From: a bacterium
GTDB taxonomy: Bacteria > Patescibacteriota > Minisyncoccia > Phycocordibacterales > UBA9973
Assembly: GCA_027484965.1 (NCBI GenBank)
Contig: JAIXRY010000006.1
Coordinates: 65,738 to 129,737 of the forward strand
DNA: 64,000 nucleotides
Reading direction: 5' to 3'
The translations under genes and the position numbers were made by a program. The notes beneath the pieces are model-generated. The model searched no databases. It was not told where the DNA came from and saw nothing but the letters and a program-made list of their open reading frames with translations. Shown in pieces: positions 1 through 7,734 of this stretch. The stretch's first letter is position 1. Every line of letters begins with the position of its first letter.

Positions 1-84
1 GAAAACACTAAATTTAGCCAGTATTAAAAATAAATTGAAAAATAAGGGTATTTTGGAATACAAAATTATAAAGTTAAAAATGCT

Positions 85-367
85 TGATATAAATAATTTA
101 TCTGTTATAGTATTGATAAATCAGCACAGCTATTGCTTATAAAGGAGACGAAGACGGCAATTCTTCGAATCAAGTTTTCCAAACATTGTTTCTCCAGATG
201 GATTTGCTAATACTGCAAACTCTACTGCTTATCCTAGCAAGTAGTTTTATTAGTAAAATAGGAAAACTAACTAAATGGTTCGCCAGACCATTGCTCTGAC
301 CGGGTAGGATAGACAAAGCATTAACTCACTTTTGTCTCCTACCCGCAATCAGGGTTTTTTTCTTTTT
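85..367 (+). ncRNA. Candidate structured ncRNA (~245 nt) with its own promoter and terminator
   Basis: TTGATA (85) and TATAGT (~106) promoter-like boxes; no ORF; several hairpins (CGAAGA/TCTTCG, TTTGC/GCAAA, CTACT-GCT/AGC-AGTAG); long stem 301-345 (CGGGTAGG-AGACAAA/TTTGTCT-CCTACCCG) enclosed by GCTCTGA/TCAGGGT, then a U-run. Confidence 0.5.
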
Positions 368-404
368 GTATAAGATTTCCACAAAATGCTTTATGTGTGA
401 AAGT

Positions 405-541
405 GTGGTACAGTTACTAAAGTTAAAGTAATCGGTGTTCTTTTTGGACAGAGTAAGTAATTTCTCAAGATTCTAAAAATGTTAACATTTTTTATTTTTA
501 ATTGTTCAACTCGCCAAGTCTCCGGACTTGGCGTTTTTTTT
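405..541 (+). ncRNA. Candidate small RNA (~120 nt)
   Basis: Extended -10-like TGgTACAGT; no ORF; palindrome AAAAATGTTAACATTTTT; terminator at 512-541. Confidence 0.4.
512..541 (+). terminator. Rho-independent terminator
   Basis: CGCCAAGTC-TCCG-GACTTGGCG followed by T8. Confidence 0.85.
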
Positions 542-542
542 A

Positions 543-662
543 TTTACTTTTTAAATTATAAATGTATAATAGTAGCGAACGTTATCTGATTAATACGTTT
601 TGTTCATAATTGTTTTGCATAATGCCTCCCGGAATTCACTTGAATTCCGGGTTCTTTTTTTG
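543..662 (+). ncRNA. Candidate small RNA (~85 nt)
   Basis: TTTACT-N16-TATAAT (543-570); 5' hairpin AACGT/ACGTT; U-rich linker; terminator at 628-662. Confidence 0.45.
628..662 (+). terminator. Rho-independent terminator
   Basis: CCCGGAATTC-ACTT-GAATTCCGGG followed by a T-run. Confidence 0.85.
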
Positions 663-715
663 TTTAATGCTTATATAAATCAAAATACCTATATAATAAA
701 GCATTATTATGTCTA

Positions 716-745
716 TTGACAAAATATACTTTAGTATGCTATAAT
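716..745 (+). promoter_or_regulatory. Sigma70 promoter for ORF 775
   Basis: TTGACA-N18-TATAAT with extended -10 TG. Confidence 0.75.
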
Positions 746-774
746 AAATTCAAATAAACATTAAAAACAAACTT

Positions 775-1119
775 ATGGAACCACTTATTTATTTATGTGT
801 TACAAGCTTTATTACTTACTTAATCTACAGAATTGTAGAAAAAAAAGATTTTAAATTGGTAAACTTTACAAAAGGTTTGCTTGGTATAATTAATCTTTTA
901 AGTACTGGATTGTCAGCTTTCTTTGGGATGATATTGTTAGGTTTTATGCTTGACGGATTCAACCCTGATGAACCAAACTTTGGTGCACCTTGGTGGTATT
1001 TAATAACCAAGGGTAATAAGTTTTATTATTGGAGTTTAGTTTTCTCCATACTTATTGCTGGACTTGCAATGTTAATTCTAGCAATTGATTTGTATTACAG
1101 GGAGAAGAAAGATTTTTAA
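775..1119 (+). CDS. Hypothetical membrane protein (~3 TM)
   Basis: 114-aa ORF with three hydrophobic segments, own promoter and terminator. Confidence 0.75.
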   Translation: MEPLIYLCVTSFITYLIYRIVEKKDFKLVNFTKGLLGIINLLSTGLSAFFGMILLGFMLDGFNPDEPNFGAPWWYLITKGNKFYYWSLVFSILIAGLAMLILAIDLYYREKKDF

Positions 1120-1135
1120 TTTTTGCTCTTTATCG

Positions 1136-1216
1136 AGGGGTTTTGCTTACGCAAAACCCCTTTTTCTTTTTATTATTTCAAAATTTGACCCGAATTTCGT
1201 TTGCGAAATTCGGGTC
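1136..1216. terminator. Two hairpins terminating the convergent ORF 775 and murG
   Basis: AGGGGTTTTGC-TTAC-GCAAAACCCCT+T-run (1136-1165); GACCCGAATTTCG-TTTG-CGAAATTCGGGTC (1187-1216). Confidence 0.75.
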
Positions 1217-1225
1217 GTCTATTTT

Positions 1226-2359
1226 TTATTGATAGTGACTCATTGCTATGTCGACTATCGCTTCTGCAATTGTCTGACTTGCGTCTCCACGTGCAAATCT
1301 TTTTGCTGCTCCACTCAATTCTTTTTTCTTTGATTCGTCATCTATAATACTTTCGATTGTATTTAAGAATACTGTCGGAGTTATATTGTTCTGCTCTAGA
1401 ACTATACATCCACCAGCACGAGCATATGCGAATGCATTTTTCTTTTGGTCGCGTGATATTTCTTCTGGAATAGGAATAATAATAGAAGGTATACCCCATG
1501 TCGCAATTTCAAATATAGAAGATCCTGCGCGAGATATTATTAGATCAGCAACACCCGCAGACATCTTCATTGCAAGTGGGTTTAAGAATGCTACAGGTTT
1601 GTATCTATCTTTGTTTGGATTTTCATTGAGAATTACTTTGAGTCTAGTCTCTACTTCTTCCATATTATTTTTACCAATCTGATGAATCACTTGGTATTTT
1701 TCTAGAAGTTGTGGGAGTATGCTGAGTGTTGCGTCATTTACAGCTACTGCTCCGAGAGATCCGCCTAGTATAAGTATTGTAGGTAGATTCTTGTCTAGGC
1801 CGAGATACTCATGCGCCCCTTCTTTTATTGGGTGTACAATTTCTTTACGGATTGGCTGTCCTGTCCAAGCTATCTTTTCTTCATAACCTTTTAGATATGT
1901 ACTTGCTTCTTGATATGATATAGCAATTTTTTTTGCGAACTTTGCTGACCAGAGAGATACTCTTCCTGGGAACGAATCTGATTCATGAATAATTACAGGA
2001 ATACGAAGAATTCTGGCTGCAAAAAGTGTAGGGAAAGATCCGTAGCCACCCTTCGAGAAAATAACGTCAGGATATATGAAGAATAATTTGATTGTTGCTG
2101 TAATAACTCCAAAACCAACTTTTATTACTTCTAATATTGTTTTGATAGAAAAATAAATACGAAGTTTACCTGCTGGAGAATATATATAAGTAATATTATT
2201 GTCAGCTAGAGCTTTTTTATCATATGGAGCATTAGACATGAAGTATAATTTTGCTCCCAATATTTTTCTATTTGAGACTACTTCGTTTGTTTTTTCGGCA
2301 ACAGCAATAATCGGATAAAAATGTCCTCCTGTACCTCCTCCTGTAAATAAAATACGCAT
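1226..2359 (-). CDS. murG: Undecaprenyl-PP-MurNAc-pentapeptide GlcNAc transferase
   Basis: GGGTGGHFYP, KGGYGS, HESDSFPG, GGSLGA and DQKKNA motifs. Confidence 0.97.
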   Translation of the reverse strand: MRILFTGGGTGGHFYPIIAVAEKTNEVVSNRKILGAKLYFMSNAPYDKKALADNNITYIYSPAGKLRIYFSIKTILEVIKVGFGVITATIKLFFIYPDVIFSKGGYGSFPTLFAARILRIPVIIHESDSFPGRVSLWSAKFAKKIAISYQEASTYLKGYEEKIAWTGQPIRKEIVHPIKEGAHEYLGLDKNLPTILILGGSLGAVAVNDATLSILPQLLEKYQVIHQIGKNNMEEVETRLKVILNENPNKDRYKPVAFLNPLAMKMSAGVADLIISRAGSSIFEIATWGIPSIIIPIPEEISRDQKKNAFAYARAGGCIVLEQNNITPTVFLNTIESIIDDESKKKELSGAAKRFARGDASQTIAEAIVDIAMSHYQ

Positions 2360-2381
2360 AGTATGTATAGTATAACCTATT

Positions 2382-3503
2382 CTAAGATTTTGTAGGCGTG
2401 GATACTGTCTTCTTGTATCTTGAGACTTGAAGTATTATACCTGCAGCAAAAAGAGCGAACATGAGCGATGTTCCACCTTGTGATACAAAGACCAGAGGTA
2501 CACCTGTAAGTGGAAATAGTCCTGTAATAGAAGCAATATTCATAAATGATTGCGCTGTTAGAAGCATTACGAGTCCTGTCACGAGTAATTGTGAAAATTG
2601 ATCGGGAGCATTGTTTGCTATACGCAATCCTCTAAAGGCGAATACTATGTAAAGTATTACAAGTAAGGTACTTCCAATAAAGCCGAATTCTTCTCCTACA
2701 ACAGCAAAAATTGAATCCCCTTGTGGTTCTGGTAAGTAACTAAATTTTTGGATACTTTGACCAAATCCTCTACCTGTAATACCTCCAGAACCAATAGCAA
2801 TGAGAGATTGTTGGAGCTGGTAAGAAGAGCCTGTTGGGTCACGATTTTGATCGATGAACGTCCTTACACGGTCTTTTAGATATGGAGTGAAGAATGACAG
2901 TCCTATAAGTCCAACGATAGCAATTCCTCCTACAAAAAATATTTGTTTCCACTTCACTCCTGCAACAATAAGCATTGAGAGTGCTGATATAGTCATAAGA
3001 ATAAAACTCTTTGTGTCTGGTTGTTTAAAGAGAACAAGAGCGATAATCCCCAAAAGAACCATAAGAGGGAGCACGCCAAAACGCACATCACTCACCTTTC
3101 CTTTTACCCAAGAAAGCCATCCTGCAAAATAGATAATAAAACAAATCTTGAGTAATTCGGCTGGCTGAAAAGATATTGGTCCAATATCAAGCCATCTTCG
3201 GGCTCCACCATGAGAGAATCCAAGTCCTGGTATAAAAACAAATGTAGTAATAATAATAGAACTAATAAATATATAGAAGGCGTATTTTCTCCAAACTTTA
3301 TAATGTATACGTGAAGCAAGATACATTCCAATACCACCAAGTCCGAATCCAAGCACTATTTGACTAAACAATACTTGATAAAATTTGTCAGTATTTTTTG
3401 CAAGAATTCCCATTGAAGCAGAAACGAAAACACCAAATCCAATAGTAAGGAGAGTGATTATTATACCGAAGAAAAATTTATCAAAAGGAAGCTCTTTCTT
3501 CAT
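2382..3503 (-). CDS. ftsW: SEDS peptidoglycan polymerase FtsW
   Basis: GARRW, FQPAELLK, LPEPQGDSIFAVVGEEFG, PLTGVPLVFVSQGG; sits between mraY and murG. Confidence 0.93.
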   Translation of the reverse strand: MKKELPFDKFFFGIIITLLTIGFGVFVSASMGILAKNTDKFYQVLFSQIVLGFGLGGIGMYLASRIHYKVWRKYAFYIFISSIIITTFVFIPGLGFSHGGARRWLDIGPISFQPAELLKICFIIYFAGWLSWVKGKVSDVRFGVLPLMVLLGIIALVLFKQPDTKSFILMTISALSMLIVAGVKWKQIFFVGGIAIVGLIGLSFFTPYLKDRVRTFIDQNRDPTGSSYQLQQSLIAIGSGGITGRGFGQSIQKFSYLPEPQGDSIFAVVGEEFGFIGSTLLVILYIVFAFRGLRIANNAPDQFSQLLVTGLVMLLTAQSFMNIASITGLFPLTGVPLVFVSQGGTSLMFALFAAGIILQVSRYKKTVSTPTKS

Positions 3504-3506
3504 TGT

Positions 3507-4559
3507 CTATTTTGTTAATATATAAATAATAGTTCCAAAAACAGAACACACAATAGATACAATCCAGTACCTCATCGTAACTTTTGGACGAGACCAGCCT
3601 TTTGCTTCGAAGTGGTGATGAAGTGGTGCCACCAAGAAGATGCGTTTTTTGTTTCTATATTTGTAAGAATATATTTGAAGGATTGCAGAGAGACTTGTCG
3701 CTACGAGTGGTAATGCAATAAGAGGAAGTACAAATACAGCATCTGTAAGAAATGCTATTACTGACAGAAGAAGTGTAAGGCCGAGCATTCCCGTCTCACC
3801 CATATAAAATCTTGCTGGAGGAATATTAAACCAAAGAAATACAAGAATAGAACCTGTTACAACAGACGAGAAAGCCGCGAGGTCTATTTGATTGTTTGTA
3901 TACGCAATAAGCGTATAACTTGCAAATATTGGCACCAGAACGCCTCCAGAGAGGCCGTCCATCCCATCTATAATACTTGAAGAGAACACAGCGAGTGTTA
4001 CAAGAATAAAGAAAGGAATAAACATGAGCCCTAGCGGAACACTGCCAATGAAAGGCACGAACACACTAGAATGATCTAATTTAAGAACGAACCAAAGTCC
4101 TACAAGGAGACTCATTGCCACAATCATTGCGATTTTTACACGACGATTAGATAGAGCGTCTGCTCCATATGAGTTTGAGGAGAATACTTGTGCAAGATCA
4201 TCAAAAAGACCAAGCATTCCTCCGAGTATGAGTGTGCCGAGAGGTATGAGTGTCTGACTGCGACTAAGAAAATTTAATTTTTGTGTCCATGGGTTTGGGA
4301 AAATTTGTTCAAGCAGTGCTATTCCCATAATAGTAATAAAAACTGAAAGCCAAATAATCATTCCTCCTACTCTAGGAGTTTTTAATTCTTCTTTTTCATT
4401 GTGAATATCTTGGAATTCTTTTGAAACAGAAGCATTTGAACGAGAACTTCTTTTCCAGAGCTTGTATTTGTAAAAATATTTTGTGAGTATGGGTGTTATG
4501 ACAAACCCTACAACAAAAGAGGAAACGAGTGGGATGAGAATTTTAATTGCGTTTGACAT
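3507..4559 (-). CDS. mraY: Phospho-N-acetylmuramoyl-pentapeptide transferase
   Basis: TPRVGG, GLFDD, DGMDGL, PARFYMGETG, APLHHHFE. Confidence 0.96.
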   Translation of the reverse strand: MSNAIKILIPLVSSFVVGFVITPILTKYFYKYKLWKRSSRSNASVSKEFQDIHNEKEELKTPRVGGMIIWLSVFITIMGIALLEQIFPNPWTQKLNFLSRSQTLIPLGTLILGGMLGLFDDLAQVFSSNSYGADALSNRRVKIAMIVAMSLLVGLWFVLKLDHSSVFVPFIGSVPLGLMFIPFFILVTLAVFSSSIIDGMDGLSGGVLVPIFASYTLIAYTNNQIDLAAFSSVVTGSILVFLWFNIPPARFYMGETGMLGLTLLLSVIAFLTDAVFVLPLIALPLVATSLSAILQIYSYKYRNKKRIFLVAPLHHHFEAKGWSRPKVTMRYWIVSIVCSVFGTIIYILTK

Positions 4560-4567
4560 ATATATAA

Positions 4568-5101
4568 TTATTCTGGTTTTTCTATTATACCAGCAATATT
4601 TTTTGAGAGCTGTTCAAAATCTTGTAATTCTGTTCTGTCTGTAATACCAAGAACTGACAGAAGGTCGATAGACGGTGTGTAGTGATTACTTTTCCCTTCC
4701 TGCTTCTTTTCTATAAGACCACGAATAGTGAGAGTGCGGAGTGAAATTGTACTATTTACCCCACGAATGTAGTCTATCTCAGACTTTGTGGCTTTCTGGT
4801 GGTAGCAAATAATAGACAATGTTTCGAGAGCTGATTTTGTAAGTTCTTTTTCTGTCTCTTCTTTTTGAATTTTTGTGAGCAAATCACTCATGTCTGGATG
4901 AGTTTTAAGAACTACATGATCGTTGTTTTCTATTAAAACAAGCCCTCGCCCCTCGAGATCACTTTTTAATTCCAAAATTGCTTGATCTACTTCTTCTTTT
5001 GAAATTTCTAAAATATCTGCAAGTTTTTTTATTGCAAATGGTTCACTTTCTATAAAAAGTATTGCTTCTATTTTTGAACTTGTTTTCATAATTGAGGTCA
5101 T
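4568..5101 (-). CDS. scpB: Segregation and condensation protein B
   Basis: IEAILF, LTKSALETLSIICY, IDYIRGVNS. Confidence 0.93.
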   Translation of the reverse strand: MTSIMKTSSKIEAILFIESEPFAIKKLADILEISKEEVDQAILELKSDLEGRGLVLIENNDHVVLKTHPDMSDLLTKIQKEETEKELTKSALETLSIICYHQKATKSEIDYIRGVNSTISLRTLTIRGLIEKKQEGKSNHYTPSIDLLSVLGITDRTELQDFEQLSKNIAGIIEKPE

Positions 5102-5105
5102 ATAA

Positions 5106-5492
5106 TTATTTAATTCTTATGAGATCACCACCATCAAACCCTAATCCAATTGCTTGAGCTTTTGAAAGAAAATGTTCGTTGTATTTTTCAGATAAAGTAA
5201 AGTCCTTTATTAAGGCTGTAATTTCAGATAATAGCTTTTGCCAATCACTACCACTTGTTTTTTTAAATTGTTTAGACAAAATAAAACTCTTCTCTTTTGG
5301 TATAAAATCCAAATAGCAAGCCCATTCATCATCCTTACCATACATTTTTGAACCAACTAAATATATTTCACTACTATCATCAAAAATACCAAAGAAATAA
5401 GAATTAATCTCTTCTGGAGGATTCTCTGCTTTGTTTAGTCTCCAAAGCCAATCGTTAATAGAATCTTTTTTATTTTTAAATAAATTAAACAT
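5106..5492 (-). CDS. Hypothetical protein, possibly polymorphic-toxin immunity-like
   Basis: 128-aa acidic/aromatic ORF (YLVGS..DDEWAC..GFDGGDL) inserted between scpA and scpB; family call is an impression only. Confidence 0.55.
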   Translation of the reverse strand: MFNLFKNKKDSINDWLWRLNKAENPPEEINSYFFGIFDDSSEIYLVGSKMYGKDDEWACYLDFIPKEKSFILSKQFKKTSGSDWQKLLSEITALIKDFTLSEKYNEHFLSKAQAIGLGFDGGDLIRIK

Positions 5493-6240
5493 ATTCTTCT
5501 TTGTTATCTTTTAATTGTTCTTGTTTTTCTATTAAAATATCATCAAAATGATTATCTTGGACTACATTCACTATTCCTTGTCTTACCAATTCAAGCATAG
5601 CAAGGAATGAAACTATGACCAAAGTACGCTCTTGTTTTGAAAATACTTTTCCATTGTGTCCTGTGAGTTTTCTAAATGACGTTTGAGCGGCTTCCATTAT
5701 TCTTGTTTCAAAGCTTGTAATCATTTCTTCGATACTCATCACCTTCTCTGCTCTTACCTTTGGAAGTTCTGGTTCTTCCTTTGGGACATTCTTTAAGACT
5801 TCATTTGCTAAATCTTTGAGTAATTCTGTGGTTAGTCTTTCATCAAATCTAAATTTTATTTCTGTTTTATTTCTTTCTTTTGGTCCGCCAAATAATTTGT
5901 ACTTTCCGAAGCGTTCTTGAATATATTTAGAAGCTGTCTTTACATGTGAGTATCTGTCAAGCCTTCCTTCGAGCTCCACCACCTCTTTGGACTCTTCTTC
6001 TGTAAGTTCTAGATTGGGTAAGAGAGCTCGAGATTTTATAAGGATAAGTGTTGTGGCCACTATAAGAAAATTGGTTTTTTCTTCAAGAGATTCTGTTGTA
6101 AGCTCTGAAACATACTTGATATAATCGTCCGTAACTTGAGCGAGAGATACTTCACCCACAAAAAGCTTCCGCTTTTCTATTAGATCAAGCAAAAGATCGA
6201 GGGGTCCTTCGAAAGTAGCTGTTTTTACAGCGAATGACAT
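5485..6240 (-). CDS. scpA: Segregation and condensation protein A
   Basis: FEGPLDLLLDLI, LILIKSRALLP, SFLAMLELVR. Confidence 0.95.
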   Translation of the reverse strand: MSFAVKTATFEGPLDLLLDLIEKRKLFVGEVSLAQVTDDYIKYVSELTTESLEEKTNFLIVATTLILIKSRALLPNLELTEEESKEVVELEGRLDRYSHVKTASKYIQERFGKYKLFGGPKERNKTEIKFRFDERLTTELLKDLANEVLKNVPKEEPELPKVRAEKVMSIEEMITSFETRIMEAAQTSFRKLTGHNGKVFSKQERTLVIVSFLAMLELVRQGIVNVVQDNHFDDILIEKQEQLKDNKEEYV

Positions 6241-6297
6241 ATAGCTATTTTATCTTTTTTATATTTATTTACAAAATAATAACTCACTACACATTCT

Positions 6298-6326
6298 TTG
6301 ACATTAATTTATATATAATTTATAAT
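6298..6326 (+). promoter_or_regulatory. Consensus sigma70 promoter
   Basis: TTGACA-N17-TATAAT, perfect consensus. Confidence 0.85.
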
Positions 6327-6354
6327 ACAAAAGAACATTTTAAAAAATAAAATT

Positions 6355-6666
6355 ATGAACATCGGTACAAAAAATGTAGAGACTATGACTCTCCGCGAAC
6401 TATCGTTAGAATCTTTTAACTTAAAACAAGAATTAGAAAAAGATCCTAATAATATCATATTAAATGATATGTTAGCCAAAGTCTCTATTGAGAGAAAGAA
6501 GAAAAAACTAGAAGATCTTTATAAAGATTTGGAGTTTGGTGGACCTGACTTTCTATACATTAAACCAAATATTAAGGACCTGGAAAATGAATTGACTGGT
6601 TTAGGTGTCAATGTTTCTAAGTTAGAATCAAATTTTGTAAAACAATCTTTGTACATTTCAAGATAA
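6355..6666 (+). CDS. Hypothetical helical protein, paralog of ORF 7229
   Basis: 103 aa; own promoter; terminator AAAGCGCT/AGCGCTTT directly after the stop. Confidence 0.8.
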   Translation: MNIGTKNVETMTLRELSLESFNLKQELEKDPNNIILNDMLAKVSIERKKKKLEDLYKDLEFGGPDFLYIKPNIKDLENELTGLGVNVSKLESNFVKQSLYISR

Positions 6667-6704
6667 AGCGCTTATTAGCGCTTTTTAATTTGATAATAAT
6701 TTTA

Positions 6705-6733
6705 TTGACATTTTTATTATATATTGTTATAAT
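6705..6733 (+). promoter_or_regulatory. Consensus sigma70 promoter
   Basis: TTGACA-N17-TATAAT with extended -10 TG. Confidence 0.85.
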
Positions 6734-6751
6734 ATATAAAATAATTAGCAT

Positions 6752-6919
6752 ATGAAAAAAATATTCTTATATAGCTTACTTTTAACAGCTATAGCTTGTA
6801 AAACAAGTACAAATTTAAAAATATCTGAAAAGGATAAAGTATCGCTTGATTCAAGCGAAGAAAATTTTCGTAAAAATGTTTTTGATAAAGAATTCAAAGA
6901 TACAACAACAATTAAATAA
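6752..6919 (+). CDS. Small putative lipoprotein (55 aa; not in the ORF track)
   Basis: MKKIFLYSLLLTAIA-CKTSTNLK...; Sec signal ending in a lipobox-like AIAC; directly downstream of a consensus promoter. Confidence 0.65.
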   Translation: MKKIFLYSLLLTAIACKTSTNLKISEKDKVSLDSSEENFRKNVFDKEFKDTTTIK

Positions 6920-6926
6920 CACTAAA

Positions 6927-7115
6927 ATGTCTGAACAAGAAACAAAAGAAGAATTTAAAAAGAAAGAACTCAGTGAAATGAGTTTAGAAGAATTAAACTC
7001 CTACATGAATTCTTTGGTGGAAAGTGCTAAAGATCCTGATATTACAACAGAAACACAGAACTTTATTATGGAAGAAGTGATGGCTGTAGAAAATGAGTTA
7101 GAACAAAGAATTTAG
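6927..7115 (+). CDS. Small acidic helical hypothetical protein (62 aa)
   Basis: ATG at 6927 (MSEQETKEEF...) lies 7 nt after the stop of the lipoprotein ORF; 13-bp hairpin at 7136-7168. Confidence 0.7.
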   Translation: MSEQETKEEFKKKELSEMSLEELNSYMNSLVESAKDPDITTETQNFIMEEVMAVENELEQRI

Positions 7116-7228
7116 TGTATACCTATAGTACACACAATCCCTTTTAAGTTAAAAGCTTAAAAGGGATTTTATTTTGACAATAAAATAAAATGGTGTTATA
7201 TTATATATGAACAATTAAAAAAATAATT

Positions 7229-7570
7229 ATGAATATAGATGTATTTCTTAATTTAAATCCGAAAATTACCTCTCTTCCTTTACCTGACTTTGATAACTAT
7301 ATCAAAGGACTGCAAAAGCAAGAAGAAATGGCTGCTAGTACTAACAAATTGGATTGGCAAGGTGAATTAATTGCCTCGATCAAACACTGTGAGACAATTA
7401 AATCATGTCTACATCTTTTCAATTTAAAAAAAGATATAGAAGATGGAAAACCTGGAGCTAGTCAATTTGATATAGGTGCTAAAGAGCTTGAAGCTCACTT
7501 AACATTGAAAGGGTTAGACACTAAAACTTTTTATGATAATTGGAAGAAAACAGGTAAATTTTCACTTTAA
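7229..7570 (+). CDS. Hypothetical helical protein, paralog of ORF 6355
   Basis: 113 aa; promoter TTGACA-N17-TATATT (7174-7202); terminator AAGCCC/GGGCTT. Confidence 0.8.
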   Translation: MNIDVFLNLNPKITSLPLPDFDNYIKGLQKQEEMAASTNKLDWQGELIASIKHCETIKSCLHLFNLKKDIEDGKPGASQFDIGAKELEAHLTLKGLDTKTFYDNWKKTGKFSL

Positions 7571-7635
7571 CTTTAAGCCCTAAAGGGCTTTTTATTTTTA
7601 TATAAAAATAATATATAATGTAAAAAAACAAAATT

Positions 7636-7713
7636 ATGCAAACAAATAATCAAGTCACAGTAGCAATTGCAATCTTAGGGGTATCCCTAGCAGAAATCAA
7701 AAAAATCCTCTAG
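7636..7713 (+). CDS. 25-aa mini-ORF or truncated gene remnant
   Basis: MQTNNQVTVAIAILGVSLAEIKKIL; TATAAT upstream; same A-rich leader as its neighbours; stop lies in the loop of the terminator shared with aspS. Confidence 0.35.
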   Translation: MQTNNQVTVAIAILGVSLAEIKKIL

Positions 7714-7734
7714 TTGAGGATTTTCTTTTTTATA

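Noticed and set aside
6846..6926. N-terminal extension of the 89-aa tracked ORF
   Set aside because: Overlaps the 55-aa lipoprotein ORF; ATG 6927 is the better start.
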